The notes under the pieces: model-generated
Told to the model about the DNA's origin: nothing
Seen by the model: the letters and a program-made list of their open reading frames with translations, nothing else
Database searches by the model: none
Made by a program: the position numbers and the translations under genes
Part shown: piece after piece, positions 47,513-59,000 of the stretch
Numbering within the stretch: position 1 is the stretch's first letter
Layout of the letters: each line of letters opens with the position of its first letter
Origin: Limnochordia bacterium
Lineage (GTDB): Bacteria; Bacillota; Limnochordia; DTU080
Assembly: GCA_050951545.1 (NCBI GenBank)
Contig: JBMNJG010000004.1
Coordinates: 224,001 to 288,000 of the forward strand
Direction: 5' to 3'
DNA length: 64,000 nt

Positions 47513-49672
47513 TCAGCAGTGCGTTGGTTCTGCAGCTTCAGGCATCATAAGTGCGACGAACAAATCAACTAGCCCAGGGTCGAACTGCACGCCTGCCATC
47601 TCGCGCAGTTCGTCGAGAGCCTCTGTGTGAGGGATTGCTGGCTTATAGCAGCGCCCCTGCGTCATCACATCGTAAGCATCGACGATGGTCAGGATTCTGG
47701 AGCTAAGAGGTATTTCATCGCCCCGCAATCCATTTGGGTAACCGGTACCATCCCACCACTCATGATGATGTAGAATGACGGTGGCTACAGCTGCTACCTT
47801 GGGGATTGATGAGACAATGCGATAGCCAATCTCTGGATGTCGACGCACTTGACTCAGCTCTTCGGGGGTCAGGGGCCCTGCTTTGCTGAGGATGGAATCG
47901 TCAACCCCAATCTTGCCGATATCGTGCAAGGCAGCTGCGAGCATCAGCTCGTCCAACACAGGTGCCGCCAACCCCAGGCTGCGCCCAAGGCGCATGGCTA
48001 GCTTGCCCAAGCGTTCACAGTGCTCTTCGGTCTCACCGCTCTTCTCCTGCAAGGTGCTCTGCAGGGCGGAAAGAATCATGCTGTTCACGCTGCGGCTATC
48101 TAACAGTTTGCGTCGGTACATCCTTTCCTCAGCCAGCCTGCGCACCTGCTCGCAGTCTTGCGTCATACTAGATCTCGTCGCCGATCCGAGGGCGACACTC
48201 AAAGGGAAGGGCGTTGCCCTAATCTCCGCCGCGCCAGCATAGATCGCGGAGCATATCTCTGCGGCCTCTCGTTCTGACGTCTGCGGAAGTAGCAGTACGA
48301 ATTCATCGCCTCCCCAACGGGTCACAATGTCGCCACCGCGGCCGTGCTCTCTAAGTAAGTCGGCGATCGCCTGAAGCTGCTGATCACCCATCGTGTAACC
48401 GAAGGCATCGTTGATGAGTTTCAGCCCATTCAGATCAGCGATAATCATGCTAATGGGCAGCTGTGTCTGGTCGTCGCACAGCCTGGCGACATGTTCCTCG
48501 AAGTAGGCCCGATTGCCTAAGCCCGTGAGCCTGTCCCGATAACTCATCTCCCTGAGTTTCTCGAACGACCGGACTCGTTCCGTAATGTTGAACAAGGTAA
48601 AGGCTACGAAGCCAGGCTCAGAGCGGTAAGCCATGACTTCGTAGTGTCGATCCGAGGGGGCATAGTAGAATTCGAAGCACGCAGGTCGCTCTGTGCACAC
48701 GACTTCAGAGAGCACCGCAGGGAGTGGTGTCTTAGAAAGAGGCGGAAATGCCTCGAGGAGTTCGCTCCCCAACAGTGTTTTGCGTTCTCGGCTAGTGAGC
48801 CGAGTGAATTCGGGGTTGACATCATGAATCACAAAGGTTGGCCCTTGGCCACCGTCGTCTGAAGTCACGGCGCATACCACAAAGCCACCCGTCAGATTGC
48901 TGAAGAGGTTTCTCAGCCGCATCTCTGAGCGTAGAAGACCGTGAAAGACTGTGGAGTAGGGAGCACGCAAAGAACCGTCGACCAGGGCCATGTAGACAAA
49001 CAGGGCGGACACCACTTTGAGTGCATGACCGAGGAAGTTCAAGATACCATACACGTCGACATACAGTGTGAAGGTCATTTCAGAGAAGATGGCCACGACC
49101 ATAGAAGCCGCCAATAGCCTACGGGTACGCGTCGGTAGTTGCTCCTTGTGCGCCTGCATGGTCACCAACGCCGCTAGCAGAAGGCCGCTGATGATGTACT
49201 CACTGGTGATCTTGAATGCGGTCAGGCCCTCACCTTCGACGTAACAGATCGGGAAGATGTCAAAGGCAAAAATGGAGAGAATGAGTGTAAGACAGCCCAT
49301 GCCGTAGACGAGTAAAAGCTTGTACTCTGAAACGCGCCGGCGTACGAAGACAGTTAGACTGGCATGAAGTAGCGTAAGAGCCTCCATGTAGCGCGAGGCT
49401 ATCCAGAGCTGGGTTGCAAGATCCGCACCGTCAGTGGGGAAAACGCCCATCCCCTTGTAGGCTAAGGCATGCAGAATATCAAGGATGCCGACGAAAAGGA
49501 ACCCGACGGAAGCAATAACCAAGACGCGGCTCTCGGTAAACGACCGCGCCTGCCATCCAATGCTAAAAACAGTGATGGCTACTGTCGCACTTCCTAGTTC
49601 AACAAGCGAGTGAAATAGGAGATACGAGTGCCGACTCAATACGTAACCTAGAATTACGGCTATGGCAACCAA
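47513..49672 (-). CDS. membrane sensor (MASE3-like)-PAS-GGDEF-HD-GYP c-di-GMP enzyme
   Basis: YLLFHSLVE and H.LAYKGMGVF TM region; RGGD..RWGGDEF; LHDIGK and HHEWWDGTGYP. Confidence 0.88.
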   Translation of the reverse strand: MVAIAVILGYVLSRHSYLLFHSLVELGSATVAITVFSIGWQARSFTESRVLVIASVGFLFVGILDILHALAYKGMGVFPTDGADLATQLWIASRYMEALTLLHASLTVFVRRRVSEYKLLLVYGMGCLTLILSIFAFDIFPICYVEGEGLTAFKITSEYIISGLLLAALVTMQAHKEQLPTRTRRLLAASMVVAIFSEMTFTLYVDVYGILNFLGHALKVVSALFVYMALVDGSLRAPYSTVFHGLLRSEMRLRNLFSNLTGGFVVCAVTSDDGGQGPTFVIHDVNPEFTRLTSRERKTLLGSELLEAFPPLSKTPLPAVLSEVVCTERPACFEFYYAPSDRHYEVMAYRSEPGFVAFTLFNITERVRSFEKLREMSYRDRLTGLGNRAYFEEHVARLCDDQTQLPISMIIADLNGLKLINDAFGYTMGDQQLQAIADLLREHGRGGDIVTRWGGDEFVLLLPQTSEREAAEICSAIYAGAAEIRATPFPLSVALGSATRSSMTQDCEQVRRLAEERMYRRKLLDSRSVNSMILSALQSTLQEKSGETEEHCERLGKLAMRLGRSLGLAAPVLDELMLAAALHDIGKIGVDDSILSKAGPLTPEELSQVRRHPEIGYRIVSSIPKVAAVATVILHHHEWWDGTGYPNGLRGDEIPLSSRILTIVDAYDVMTQGRCYKPAIPHTEALDELREMAGVQFDPGLVDLFVALMMPEAAEPTHC

Positions 49673-49762
49673 TGGGACACCGCGCCACCACCTATGTCCA
49701 TGGTACGCAGATTCGGGTTCCAGTTGCGAGCTGTAGATTGCGATAACCCCACCCCCGATTGG

Positions 49763-50728
49763 TCAAAGCCCCTGTGCCAGCAAGAGTGCCCCTTCTACGG
49801 GGTCTCGCTCAGGGGGGAGCAGCCTGTAGCCAGGTGCCTCCTGTAGGAGGGTATCGTGCACTGCCTGGCGAAGCACGGGGATCTTGTGAATGATGCTCCC
49901 CTGATAGCTCACATCCGCTTCAGCCCCAAAAGACAGACGCCGTCCCACGGCGAACACTGTATTGGCCAACGTCATACCTGCCCTCTGAAGGATCTGCCTG
50001 CAGACTATATCTCCCTCATCAGCAAGCTGCGCTACGACTTTTGCTAGAGCAGCGACTTCCCCAGGACCCCATGTACTGAAATAGGCTCGAGGGACAAGCT
50101 CCTCAAGGCGTGTGGCACCAAAGTGGGCGGGTATAGCGGAAACCAGACGCGTCTGAGCCAACCTTCCGTCGAGGCTGGCAAAGGCAGCGCGCAATGCCGA
50201 CCGTCCGATGGCATAGCCACTTCCCGCATCACCCAGAAGCCATCCCCAACCGTCGGCGCGAAAGAACCCACCCTGAGCGTCACGCCCCACAGCCACCGCT
50301 CCGGTACCCACAATGAGCACAATCCCCGGTCTACCAGCTAGCGCCCCAGCCAGAGCGATTTCACTATCGGAGACAACCAGAATCTCGGTGGCAGGGACTG
50401 AGTACCCGCGCTCTTGCAGAAACCGCATGACCGCCTGCTGCACCAGGGGACCTGCGTCTGTTGTGCTGACGCCGCTGAGACCCAGGCAAGCTGCCTTCAG
50501 CGCAAGGCGCATTCTTGACCGTGCACATTGTTTGTGCACGGCCTCCCTAAGAGCATGGTCCAACGTGGCATAGAGAGAGGTCAATGCCGTATGCTGACCG
50601 CGAGAGATGGCACATGGCCCACCAGTAACATCAGCCAGAGTGCCATTTTCATCATCTACGATCATGCAACGCGTGCTTGTTCCTCCACCATCGACAGCGA
50701 GTAGAGCACCCATACGCATGCACCCCAA
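49763..50728 (-). CDS. BadF/BadG/BcrA/BcrD ATPase family protein, probable N-acetylglucosamine/MurNAc kinase
   Basis: AVDGGGTST, LIVGTGA and GWGWLLGDAGSGY. Confidence 0.82.
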   Translation of the reverse strand: MGCMRMGALLAVDGGGTSTRCMIVDDENGTLADVTGGPCAISRGQHTALTSLYATLDHALREAVHKQCARSRMRLALKAACLGLSGVSTTDAGPLVQQAVMRFLQERGYSVPATEILVVSDSEIALAGALAGRPGIVLIVGTGAVAVGRDAQGGFFRADGWGWLLGDAGSGYAIGRSALRAAFASLDGRLAQTRLVSAIPAHFGATRLEELVPRAYFSTWGPGEVAALAKVVAQLADEGDIVCRQILQRAGMTLANTVFAVGRRLSFGAEADVSYQGSIIHKIPVLRQAVHDTLLQEAPGYRLLPPERDPVEGALLLAQGL

Positions 50729-50939
50729 GGCCAGCTAAGCTGTGGGCTTCTTCGCCGGGCTGGTTACCCGAGTCTTAGAAACCCCACGATCTTTCGACAT
50801 ACCTGTGAGATATTCCTTGCAAAAAGAGCAATGTAGACAGGGAATCTAGAAGGAAAACAAAGTGAGTAATGAAACTCTCAAATACCTTGTATGGAGTTGT
50901 ACTGGATCGGCGCTGTCGGGGATTAGGCACCCGAAGAAC

Positions 50940-50976
50940 GTGCGGAGCGACCATGTGCACAGGACCGCTCCGCACT
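50940..50976 (-). terminator. hairpin downstream of the RND gene
   Basis: GTGCGGAGCG/CGCTCCGCAC inverted repeat. Confidence 0.5.
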
Positions 50977-50998
50977 TGATAGAAGGTAACGAGGATGT

Positions 50999-53900
50999 CT
51001 ACGCGGGCAAACTTGCGTCTGAGTCGGTCGTTACTGGTTGGCGACGCGTCAGCAAACGGTAAGCAGAAGGCACCAGGAACAGAGTCAATCCTGTTGAGAA
51101 GAACATGCCTCCCATATAGGCGATGGCCAGTGGTCTCTGCAGTTCAGTACCCTCTCCGCGCCCCAGCGCCAGGGGCAGCAGACCGAGAATGGTAGTAAGG
51201 GACGTCATCAGTATCGGCCGCAACCTTTCGCGTGCTGCCAGCGATATGGCCTCATCGACACCGGCCCCATTGCGCCGAGCTTGATTGGCCGCGTCGACCA
51301 TCATAATGCCATTTCCTACCACTACACCCGTCAAGACGATAAGCCCCATCAAGGCAGAGACGCCGATGCTTTGCCCCGTGATCCACAAACAGACAAAGCC
51401 GCCTCCTATTCCAAGCGGAACGGTCGTCATGATGATCAGAGGGTACAGCAGTGAATCAAACTGCGCGGCCATGACCATGTACACGAGGAGAATGGCCAAT
51501 ACCAGCACCCATGAGAGCTCATCTACCGCCTCCTGAATGGTATCATGGACTCCTGCCAGACGAGCGCTCGTCTGGGGCGGAATCTCCAGCTGGTCGATGA
51601 TACTCAGAGCTTTTCTTTTCGCTTCGCCCAGATCGATACCGTCTAGGCGGGCATTGATAGCTATCGTTCTTACTCTGCCAATATGCTGGATCGTCACTGG
51701 TCCCGATGCCTGCTCCGTAGTGACCACTCGACCAAAACGCACCGAAGGCAAGGACCCCTGTCCGGCGCTGGGGACACCTTGGATCGATAGCTTAAGCAGG
51801 GAATCAATTCCGTCAATGTCGTGAGGTTGGGCTCGCAGAACCACAGGGATGCTCTCCCCGTTGCGTTGAATGCGAGTGGCCTCGAGACCACTTAGAGCGC
51901 CACGAAGAGTCAGGCCCACAACTCCGGTGGTCATGCTACCCAACAGAGCCTTCGTGCGATCGACGGTAAAAAGCAGTTCTGGTTGCCTTTGGTCAACCGA
52001 TGTGGTGATCTCTGTGAAACCGCCCACTTGCCTCATAGCTCCTGCCACCTGAGCTGCTAGCTCTTCCAGAACCCCCAGCTCCTTGCCGCTTACTTGAATG
52101 GTCGCCCCAGGCGAAAAGGCCTCACCCAGGGAGTCTGTCAACCGTTCAGTACTGAGGCTGAGGTGGCCTCCGAGCAAGTCTATCTCCTCTACCGCTCTTC
52201 TGATCTCATCCGCAGTGGCTCTGATGGATTGCTTGCGCTTGCTCTTTGGCTGCAAGAGCATCTGCAGCTTTGCCACATGCTGCCCGGCTCCGTAGAGAAG
52301 CTGCACGACGTCATCGCTGTCTTGACCCACCTGAGACCACACAAAGGCGACATCTTCGATCTCAGACACGGTCGTTTCGATCTGCTCAGCTACGTTGTTC
52401 GTCATGCGCGTTGGCGTTCCAGCAGGCATAGTGAGGGTGGCATTGATCGCTCCGCCATCCACGCTGGGTAGAAGCTCTAGAGGCATGTGACGTGGGGCGC
52501 TGAGACCCGTAACGATGAGTACCAGTGCAAAGGCCCAAAGCCAGGCTGGCCGACGCAACACCCGAGTGAGAAGCCGTAAATACCGCTCTTGCAGGCGTTC
52601 GATCCACCCGAAGCTGGTCTCGCCCGCGCCGTGGTCATCGCTTGCTGAGTGGCGCAGCGGCCTTCTCAGAAACCCTGCAGCTGCAGCGGGAACTACGGTA
52701 ACAGCCACTGCCATAGAGGCTAGGAGAGCAAATGTCACGGTAAAGGCCATATCGCGGAACCATCGACCTGCGGTAGACTGCAGGTACGCGAGGGGAAGAA
52801 AGACCACCACTGTGGTCAGAGTTGATGCCGATATGGCTAGAGCAACCTTTGAAGTGCCAGTCTTGGCGGCCTCTAGCGCACTCAAGCCCTGTTGCCGGTG
52901 CCGGATAATGCTCTCGAGCACGACGATCGAGTTGTCCACAAGGGTACCGATTCCCAGGGCAAGGCCACCTATACTCAGTAGATTGAGCGTGAGGTCGCTT
53001 GCGTACATCATGATGAGGGCTACTACGATGGACAGGGGAATAGCGATGGCGATGACAGCGATACTGCGCACACTACGCAGAAAAAGCAGGAGAACCGCTA
53101 CAGCTAAGATGGCGCCCACAATCGCGGCATCTTTTACGTTGTTTAGTGCATCTGTGATGAACTCCGACTGATCACCTAGTACCTGCAGCTGTATCTCGTG
53201 ACCAGCGTCTTGTGCAAGCCCGGACAACGCATTTCGCACAGCTCGAGACACAGAGACGCTACCTGCACCCGACTGCTTGTACACCTGCAAGATGACTGCA
53301 GGTTCGCCGTTTACACGTGCGTAGGCTTGTTGTGGACTGGTTCCTTCTACTACCTTGGCGACGTCTTTCAAGAACAGCATCTGGGGGATAAGGGCTGCAA
53401 AGCCAGCTGCCTCGAGCCCTGTGGTTTTTTTCTCCCCAATGACAAGATCGCGAATCTCCTCCACGCTGCTGAGAGGGTTGCCTACCCGGACGTTATAGCG
53501 TACGCTATCGTCCTCCAGAACACCGGCTGGAACTAGAGAGTTCTGCTGCTTAAGAAGCTCGTAGAGTACCGCAGGTGGGGTATTGTTGATGCGCAAGGCT
53601 TCTGTATCGAAAAACACAGTGATCTCTGGACGGGCTCCTGCCACGAGACTTGCCTTGGCCACTCCCGGAAGCTGTTCTATCTGTGTCATGAGATGCTCTT
53701 CGGCTACCTTAGTGAGATCGCTGATATCATCAAGGCCCGTGATGCCGATTCTCATCACAGGAAACATGCGTGGGTCGACATTCGCCACCACGGGTTTCAT
53801 GGCATCGGAGGGGAGTACAGTGGTCAGGGTGGCCAGCTGAGCCGTGATATCGTTCATCGCCCTAGTAGGATCGACGCCCCAGGCGAAAGTGGCCACTGTG

Positions 53901-54169
53901 ACGGAAACATTCTCCATACTGTAGCTCTCCAGCGACTTGAGCCCAGAAACGGTGGCGATGGTTGTCTCAATCGGTGTAGTGATCTCCCCTTCCACTGCTC
54001 CCGGTGCTGCACCCGGATACACTGTGACCACGCCGACGATAGGTAGGCGCAAATTGGGGAGGAGGTCAAGTTCCAGGCGTGTGATAGAGAGGAATCCGAA
54101 AAGAAGAACAACTGCGACGCCCATGGCTACAGCCACTGGGCGTCGAGCAGCAATCTCATTGAGTCTCAT
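50999..54169 (-). CDS. RND efflux transporter permease (AcrB/SwrC-like)
   Basis: 1056 aa; GTLVDNSIVVLE and RLRPILMTSLTT; two large extracytoplasmic loops. Confidence 0.92.
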   Translation of the reverse strand: MRLNEIAARRPVAVAMGVAVVLLFGFLSITRLELDLLPNLRLPIVGVVTVYPGAAPGAVEGEITTPIETTIATVSGLKSLESYSMENVSVTVATFAWGVDPTRAMNDITAQLATLTTVLPSDAMKPVVANVDPRMFPVMRIGITGLDDISDLTKVAEEHLMTQIEQLPGVAKASLVAGARPEITVFFDTEALRINNTPPAVLYELLKQQNSLVPAGVLEDDSVRYNVRVGNPLSSVEEIRDLVIGEKKTTGLEAAGFAALIPQMLFLKDVAKVVEGTSPQQAYARVNGEPAVILQVYKQSGAGSVSVSRAVRNALSGLAQDAGHEIQLQVLGDQSEFITDALNNVKDAAIVGAILAVAVLLLFLRSVRSIAVIAIAIPLSIVVALIMMYASDLTLNLLSIGGLALGIGTLVDNSIVVLESIIRHRQQGLSALEAAKTGTSKVALAISASTLTTVVVFLPLAYLQSTAGRWFRDMAFTVTFALLASMAVAVTVVPAAAAGFLRRPLRHSASDDHGAGETSFGWIERLQERYLRLLTRVLRRPAWLWAFALVLIVTGLSAPRHMPLELLPSVDGGAINATLTMPAGTPTRMTNNVAEQIETTVSEIEDVAFVWSQVGQDSDDVVQLLYGAGQHVAKLQMLLQPKSKRKQSIRATADEIRRAVEEIDLLGGHLSLSTERLTDSLGEAFSPGATIQVSGKELGVLEELAAQVAGAMRQVGGFTEITTSVDQRQPELLFTVDRTKALLGSMTTGVVGLTLRGALSGLEATRIQRNGESIPVVLRAQPHDIDGIDSLLKLSIQGVPSAGQGSLPSVRFGRVVTTEQASGPVTIQHIGRVRTIAINARLDGIDLGEAKRKALSIIDQLEIPPQTSARLAGVHDTIQEAVDELSWVLVLAILLVYMVMAAQFDSLLYPLIIMTTVPLGIGGGFVCLWITGQSIGVSALMGLIVLTGVVVGNGIMMVDAANQARRNGAGVDEAISLAARERLRPILMTSLTTILGLLPLALGRGEGTELQRPLAIAYMGGMFFSTGLTLFLVPSAYRLLTRRQPVTTDSDASLPA

Positions 54170-54200
54170 GCCCGTGCAAGTTCCTCTCGTCTAGGAATAT

Positions 54201-54950
54201 CTAGCGGTAGACCGTAATCGCTCCGAAAGGCATTTTCTTCAGTTGTGCCTCCGCCAGATTCTGGTTAACTTTGATATCGCGTAAGACAATCGTAAAAAGC
54301 GGTTGCCCCTGTACATCGAAAACGTGCATCCGGGCGACCATCCACGTTGCTTGGTCGATCCAGAAATGGAAGCAAGGGGACTCGGGGTCCCTCTTAGCCT
54401 TTGCCGAAATACCAACGAGTTTCTGCTTACCTGAGGTCTCCGTGGCAAAAACAGTGAGATCGTAATCCTCAGGCGAGGGGAGACTGAACAGCTGCTCGAC
54501 CGTGGTGGGGACAAATCTCTCGGACAGGGCTTGATCAATAGAGGAGACGATCACCTGCTCCGTAATAGGTGAGTACTGCATGACCTGATTCGTCTTGCGG
54601 TCAAGAACATAAAGCGTACCCGCAAACGTTTCGGGTTTCACAAAGCTGAGGCGAAGCAGGTTCGGCAGCGTGGCTTGAACCGTCGTTTGAGCCTGAACGG
54701 CCGAGCCATCACCGCCAAACTGCTCGAGATCGACAATGCCAGCGATGTCTTTGACATCAGCAAAGCGGGCCTCAACGTTGTGCAACACGGTAGCAATGCT
54801 TGGGGCATCCTGTGGGGAGGCAGTCTTGCTTTTGGCCGGGGCACGTGTTGCGGCATGCACAGATGGACCACTACCGACAATGAGGATGCAGGTGAGGAGA
54901 AATACGGAACAAGCGAACCGAGTTCGCACATTGTTTAGGCAGAGCACCAT
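54201..54950 (-). CDS. secreted LolA-like lipoprotein/lipid carrier protein
   Basis: Signal peptide ending VHA; LolA-fold-like pattern PNLLRL...P....G...V.D; FWIDQATW..RMHVFD..G; IKVNQNL. Confidence 0.65.
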   Translation of the reverse strand: MVLCLNNVRTRFACSVFLLTCILIVGSGPSVHAATRAPAKSKTASPQDAPSIATVLHNVEARFADVKDIAGIVDLEQFGGDGSAVQAQTTVQATLPNLLRLSFVKPETFAGTLYVLDRKTNQVMQYSPITEQVIVSSIDQALSERFVPTTVEQLFSLPSPEDYDLTVFATETSGKQKLVGISAKAKRDPESPCFHFWIDQATWMVARMHVFDVQGQPLFTIVLRDIKVNQNLAEAQLKKMPFGAITVYR

Positions 54951-55144
54951 AGGTGGTTCAAGCCTCCTAGAGTATCGGGCTTTATTCGTGAATCTCTGTT
55001 CGCTGATACTATGGGTTATTCCTGCAGCCCACGTTACGCAGAATGGCCAGTGGCCGTTTGTCTTGCCTAGCGTGGGGGAAAAGGAACCCGGATGAGATCG
55101 CCGAAGGAATGAGGAGTAAGCCTACAGCCAGAATAGGGGGAGAT

Positions 55145-55972
55145 ATGTTGCGGCGTATTTTTGAGGTGTTCACCAACTCGTACGGACGGTTCGGAGCCCG
55201 GGAAACCTTACTGGGAGCCGCCAGACTGGGATTGGAGCACATGGAGCTTGGGTTGTGGTCAGTTCCTGCCGCAGATGTGGAGCCTCTGCCAGGAGGGCAT
55301 CCTCTCAGCATGATTGGGGAACGCACTACGCCCGAACAGGTAGCAGAGTTCAAGAACCTGGCCAGAGAACAAGGTGTTCGCATTATCTCAGCTTTTGGTC
55401 ATGGTGATCTTCGTACTGACCAAGGGGTTGAGATCCTCAAGCAGCAAATGGACATCGCAGAGGAATTGGGAGTCCGTTTTTACACAGTCTCCGCGCCGGA
55501 GCGCTCCCGCACGGTTTACGATAACCTTCTCGCGTTGGCAGAGTATGCGCTGGCTCGTGGTTTGATCATCTGCCTTGAAACACACCCGCCCCTTATTCCG
55601 GGTGCGGCAGGTGGCCTACAGACCATGCGCGATCTACAGCATAGTAATATCCGGATCAATTTCGACACCGCCAACCTGTATTACTACAACGAGGATATCG
55701 ATCTCGTGGCTGAGCTTGAAGGCTTGGCTGAATACGTGGTGCACACCCATCTAAAGGATAGTCAGCGGAGGTATCAAGATTGGTGCTTCCCGGCTCTGGG
55801 CGAAGGCACTATTGACTTTCCCAGCCTCTTTCGAGTGTTTGATCAAGTGGGCTTCTATGGTCCCTTTAGCTTGGAGTTAGAGGGGATCCAAGGGGAAGAA
55901 CGGACCTATGCTCTGCATCACGGCAGGGTAGAACGCTCTCTCGAGTACCTGCGCAGAATAGGCGTGTACTAG
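55145..55972 (+). CDS. sugar phosphate isomerase/epimerase (xylose isomerase-like TIM barrel)
   Basis: CLETH, INFDTAN, HTHLKD, LGEGTIDF and SLELE. Confidence 0.85.
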   Translation: MLRRIFEVFTNSYGRFGARETLLGAARLGLEHMELGLWSVPAADVEPLPGGHPLSMIGERTTPEQVAEFKNLAREQGVRIISAFGHGDLRTDQGVEILKQQMDIAEELGVRFYTVSAPERSRTVYDNLLALAEYALARGLIICLETHPPLIPGAAGGLQTMRDLQHSNIRINFDTANLYYYNEDIDLVAELEGLAEYVVHTHLKDSQRRYQDWCFPALGEGTIDFPSLFRVFDQVGFYGPFSLELEGIQGEERTYALHHGRVERSLEYLRRIGVY

Positions 55973-56001
55973 GTCGCTGTAATCATTGCAGGGGAGTACG
56001 C

Positions 56002-56050
56002 GTGTTGGCGGCCAACCACATCGCTGACGAAAATCGCAGGCCGCCAACAT
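56002..56050. terminator. inverted repeat between convergent genes (possible bidirectional terminator)
   Basis: TGTTGGCGGCC/GGCCGCCAACA. Confidence 0.5.
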
Positions 56051-56068
56051 GCCCGCACAAGTGTAACA

Positions 56069-59000
56069 TCATTTTATTGGAAGGGGTTTGATGCGGGTGG
56101 CAATCACGCTGACTCCTTCCCCTCGTCGTGAGGTGCGTCCCCACACCATCAACGCTGGAGCCGTAAAGATATCGCGTGCATATCGCTTATAGACATTCTC
56201 GAATATGGTGATATCGCAAAGGCCAGATTCGTCCTCCAGACTGAGAAAGACTACGGTACGACCACTTCTGGTAGGAGGCCGATGTGGCCGAATCACGATG
56301 CCCGCTACGCCAACTGCACCTTCCACGCCGCCGCAACTCACTTCACCACAGGTTTTCATGCCGCGTCGTACCAGCTGTGGGCGAAGGAACTGCATGAGAT
56401 GCTTCTCGGGGGAAAACCCAAGCAGGATGATCTCGTGCATTACTTTATCGAAGACAGGGTAATCGGCTAGTTCGTGATGGGGGTTGGGACGATCCAATTC
56501 CAGGGGCAATGCTAGCTGTGCTCCTTGACCACACATGGCTAGTGTCTCCCGAAGCTGCCAAAGCAATTGCCGCCGGTTCGAATGCAACGTATCAAAAGCC
56601 CCCGCTTGAATTAGGTTTTTCACTACGTCACGAGGGAGGCGTACACGCTGACAAAAATCCCAAAAAGACTGATAGGGGCTTTGAGTCCTAGAAGAGAGCA
56701 CAGACTGGGCCATCGCAAGTGATAGGCCCTTGACTTGTGTTAAAGAGACTCTGATTGCGCCATTTTCCACGGTAAAGCGAAGGTCGCTTTTGTTCACGTC
56801 TAGAGGCAGGATACGTACACCCCGGCGTTTAGCTTCCGTAATGATCGTGGCCGGGGGGTAAAAACCCATCGGCTGATGGCTGAGAATAGCGGCGAAGAAC
56901 TCCGCGGGGTAGTGCGTCACCAGATAGGCTGTCTTATAGGCCGTATCAGAAAACGCCGCTGCGTGTGCCTCACAGAATCCATAGCCTGCATATCCCACGA
57001 TGTAGGAGAACAGGGTTTCAGCAACATCTTGTGTGACACCACGCTTCATTGCCTTGGCAATGAATTCCTGACCGATGCGATCCATGTCTTTTTGCGAACG
57101 AAAATGGGTCATCACTTTGCGAAGCCGATCGGCTTCGCCCGGACTGAAGCCAGCAATCGTGACGGCGATCTCGATCACTTGCTCTTGAAAAAGCACAACA
57201 CCATAGGTCTTGGCGAGAATGGGTTCTAGGTCTGGGTGAATGTAGCTGACTGGTAGCAGACCATTTCTGTGGGCGATAAATGGTTCGACCATGTTGCCCT
57301 GTATGGGGCCAGGACGAATGAGAGCGATGCTGGCTACAATGTCTTCGATGTTCTCTGCGCCCAATCGCGTCTGCAATGCCCTTTGTGCAGGGCTCTCTAG
57401 CTGAAAGACGCCTATGCTGTTTCCTTGATTGAGTGCTGCATAGGTAGGAGCGTCATCCAGTGGAATCGCGGTGTATTCCATGGGAGGTTCCCCTAAAGCC
57501 TCCTGAGTAGAATGGATATCGCCGATGGCAGTCTGAACGGCTGACAACGTGCGCAAGGATAGCAAATCCAGCTTCATTAGGCCTAGATCCGCTATGTCGT
57601 CTTTGTCGAACTGAATAATGCTCATGCCCTTCGCAGCCATCTGCAACGGGCTAACCTCCATGAGGGGCCGGTTACTGATCACCAAGCCGCCCAGATGGGT
57701 ACCGATGTGGCGCGGAAACCCGGCTACTTGTTCAACGAGGTCGATGAGTTCTTCATAGCGCGCAAAAGGCAGGCCGCTTTTTTGGAGTTCGGGATAGGCA
57801 GCGATCGCTTTGCGTATGCCGTCAGCAGGGACATGCGGAAACGATTTGGCCAGTTTATCTACTTCCTGAAGGGGGAAGCCCATGGCTTTGCCGAAATCGC
57901 GTAGAGCAGAGCGGGCATGATATGTGTGGTAGGTACATACGGAAGCGACGTGTTCTTCACCGTAAGTGGCATAGACGTAACGGGCTATGTCATCGCGATA
58001 GCGAGCATCAAAATCGATATCAATGTCTGGCTGCTGGGCTCGCTCTAAGCTGAGAAAGCGTTCGAAAAGCAGCCCTCTACTGATGGCATCGACATTCGTG
58101 ATATAGAGGCAATAGACGACAGCCGAGTCTGCGGCAGAGCCGCGACCAGTATGACGGATGCCCTGTTCGCGAGCAAAGCGGACGATATCCCAGGCCACAA
58201 GGAAATAGTCCGCAACCCCAAGGGCATCAATGATACGCAACTCGTGTTCTAGTCTCTCACGTATGGTTTTCGTGATAGACCCATATCGCTCTTGCGCTCC
58301 TTGAAAGGTCAGCTGCTGCAGAAACTGAATAGCGCTGTTACCATCAGGCGTGGTGAAGGCAGGGAATAAACGCTCATTCAAAGGTACAGCTACGTCACAT
58401 AGGTCAGCTATCTCAAGTGTGCCGTGCAGTGCTTGCGGCAGGTCGTGAAAACGAGTCGCCATCTCTTCCGATGTAAGTAAATAGTTCTCTGCATTGAGAC
58501 GCCTTGCGGGATGGATACTCTGGAGACGGGTCAGAGTGCGCACGCACGTCAAGACATCGTGTACAGGAAACTGCTCTTTGTAGGCATAATGCGCATTGGC
58601 GGTAGCCGCCATGGGCAGACTGAGATACTCTGCCAGATCGCGTAAGTGACGGTTAAGCGTGCGCGTGCGGGGGAGAAGATTCTCTTGAACCTCGATGTAG
58701 AAGCGTCTAGGGAAGGCGGCAGCATAAGCAGAGGCAGCTGCTAAAGCTTGCTGATTTTGGCCTTGCAGTATAAGAGTGGCGACTTCGCCATGACGGCACC
58801 CAGATAGGGCGATGAGACCTTCACTATGCTCAGCGAGAAGATCCCGGGAAACCTGAGGTAGGCCGCGCGGCGCCTCGAGGTGGGCCCGTGTTACCAACCA
58901 GCAGAGATTGGTGTAGCCTGTACGATTTTGGCATAGAAGGGTGAGGTGACAGCCATTGTCGAGGGTGACTTCACATCCTTGAATGGCTTTTATGCCCATC

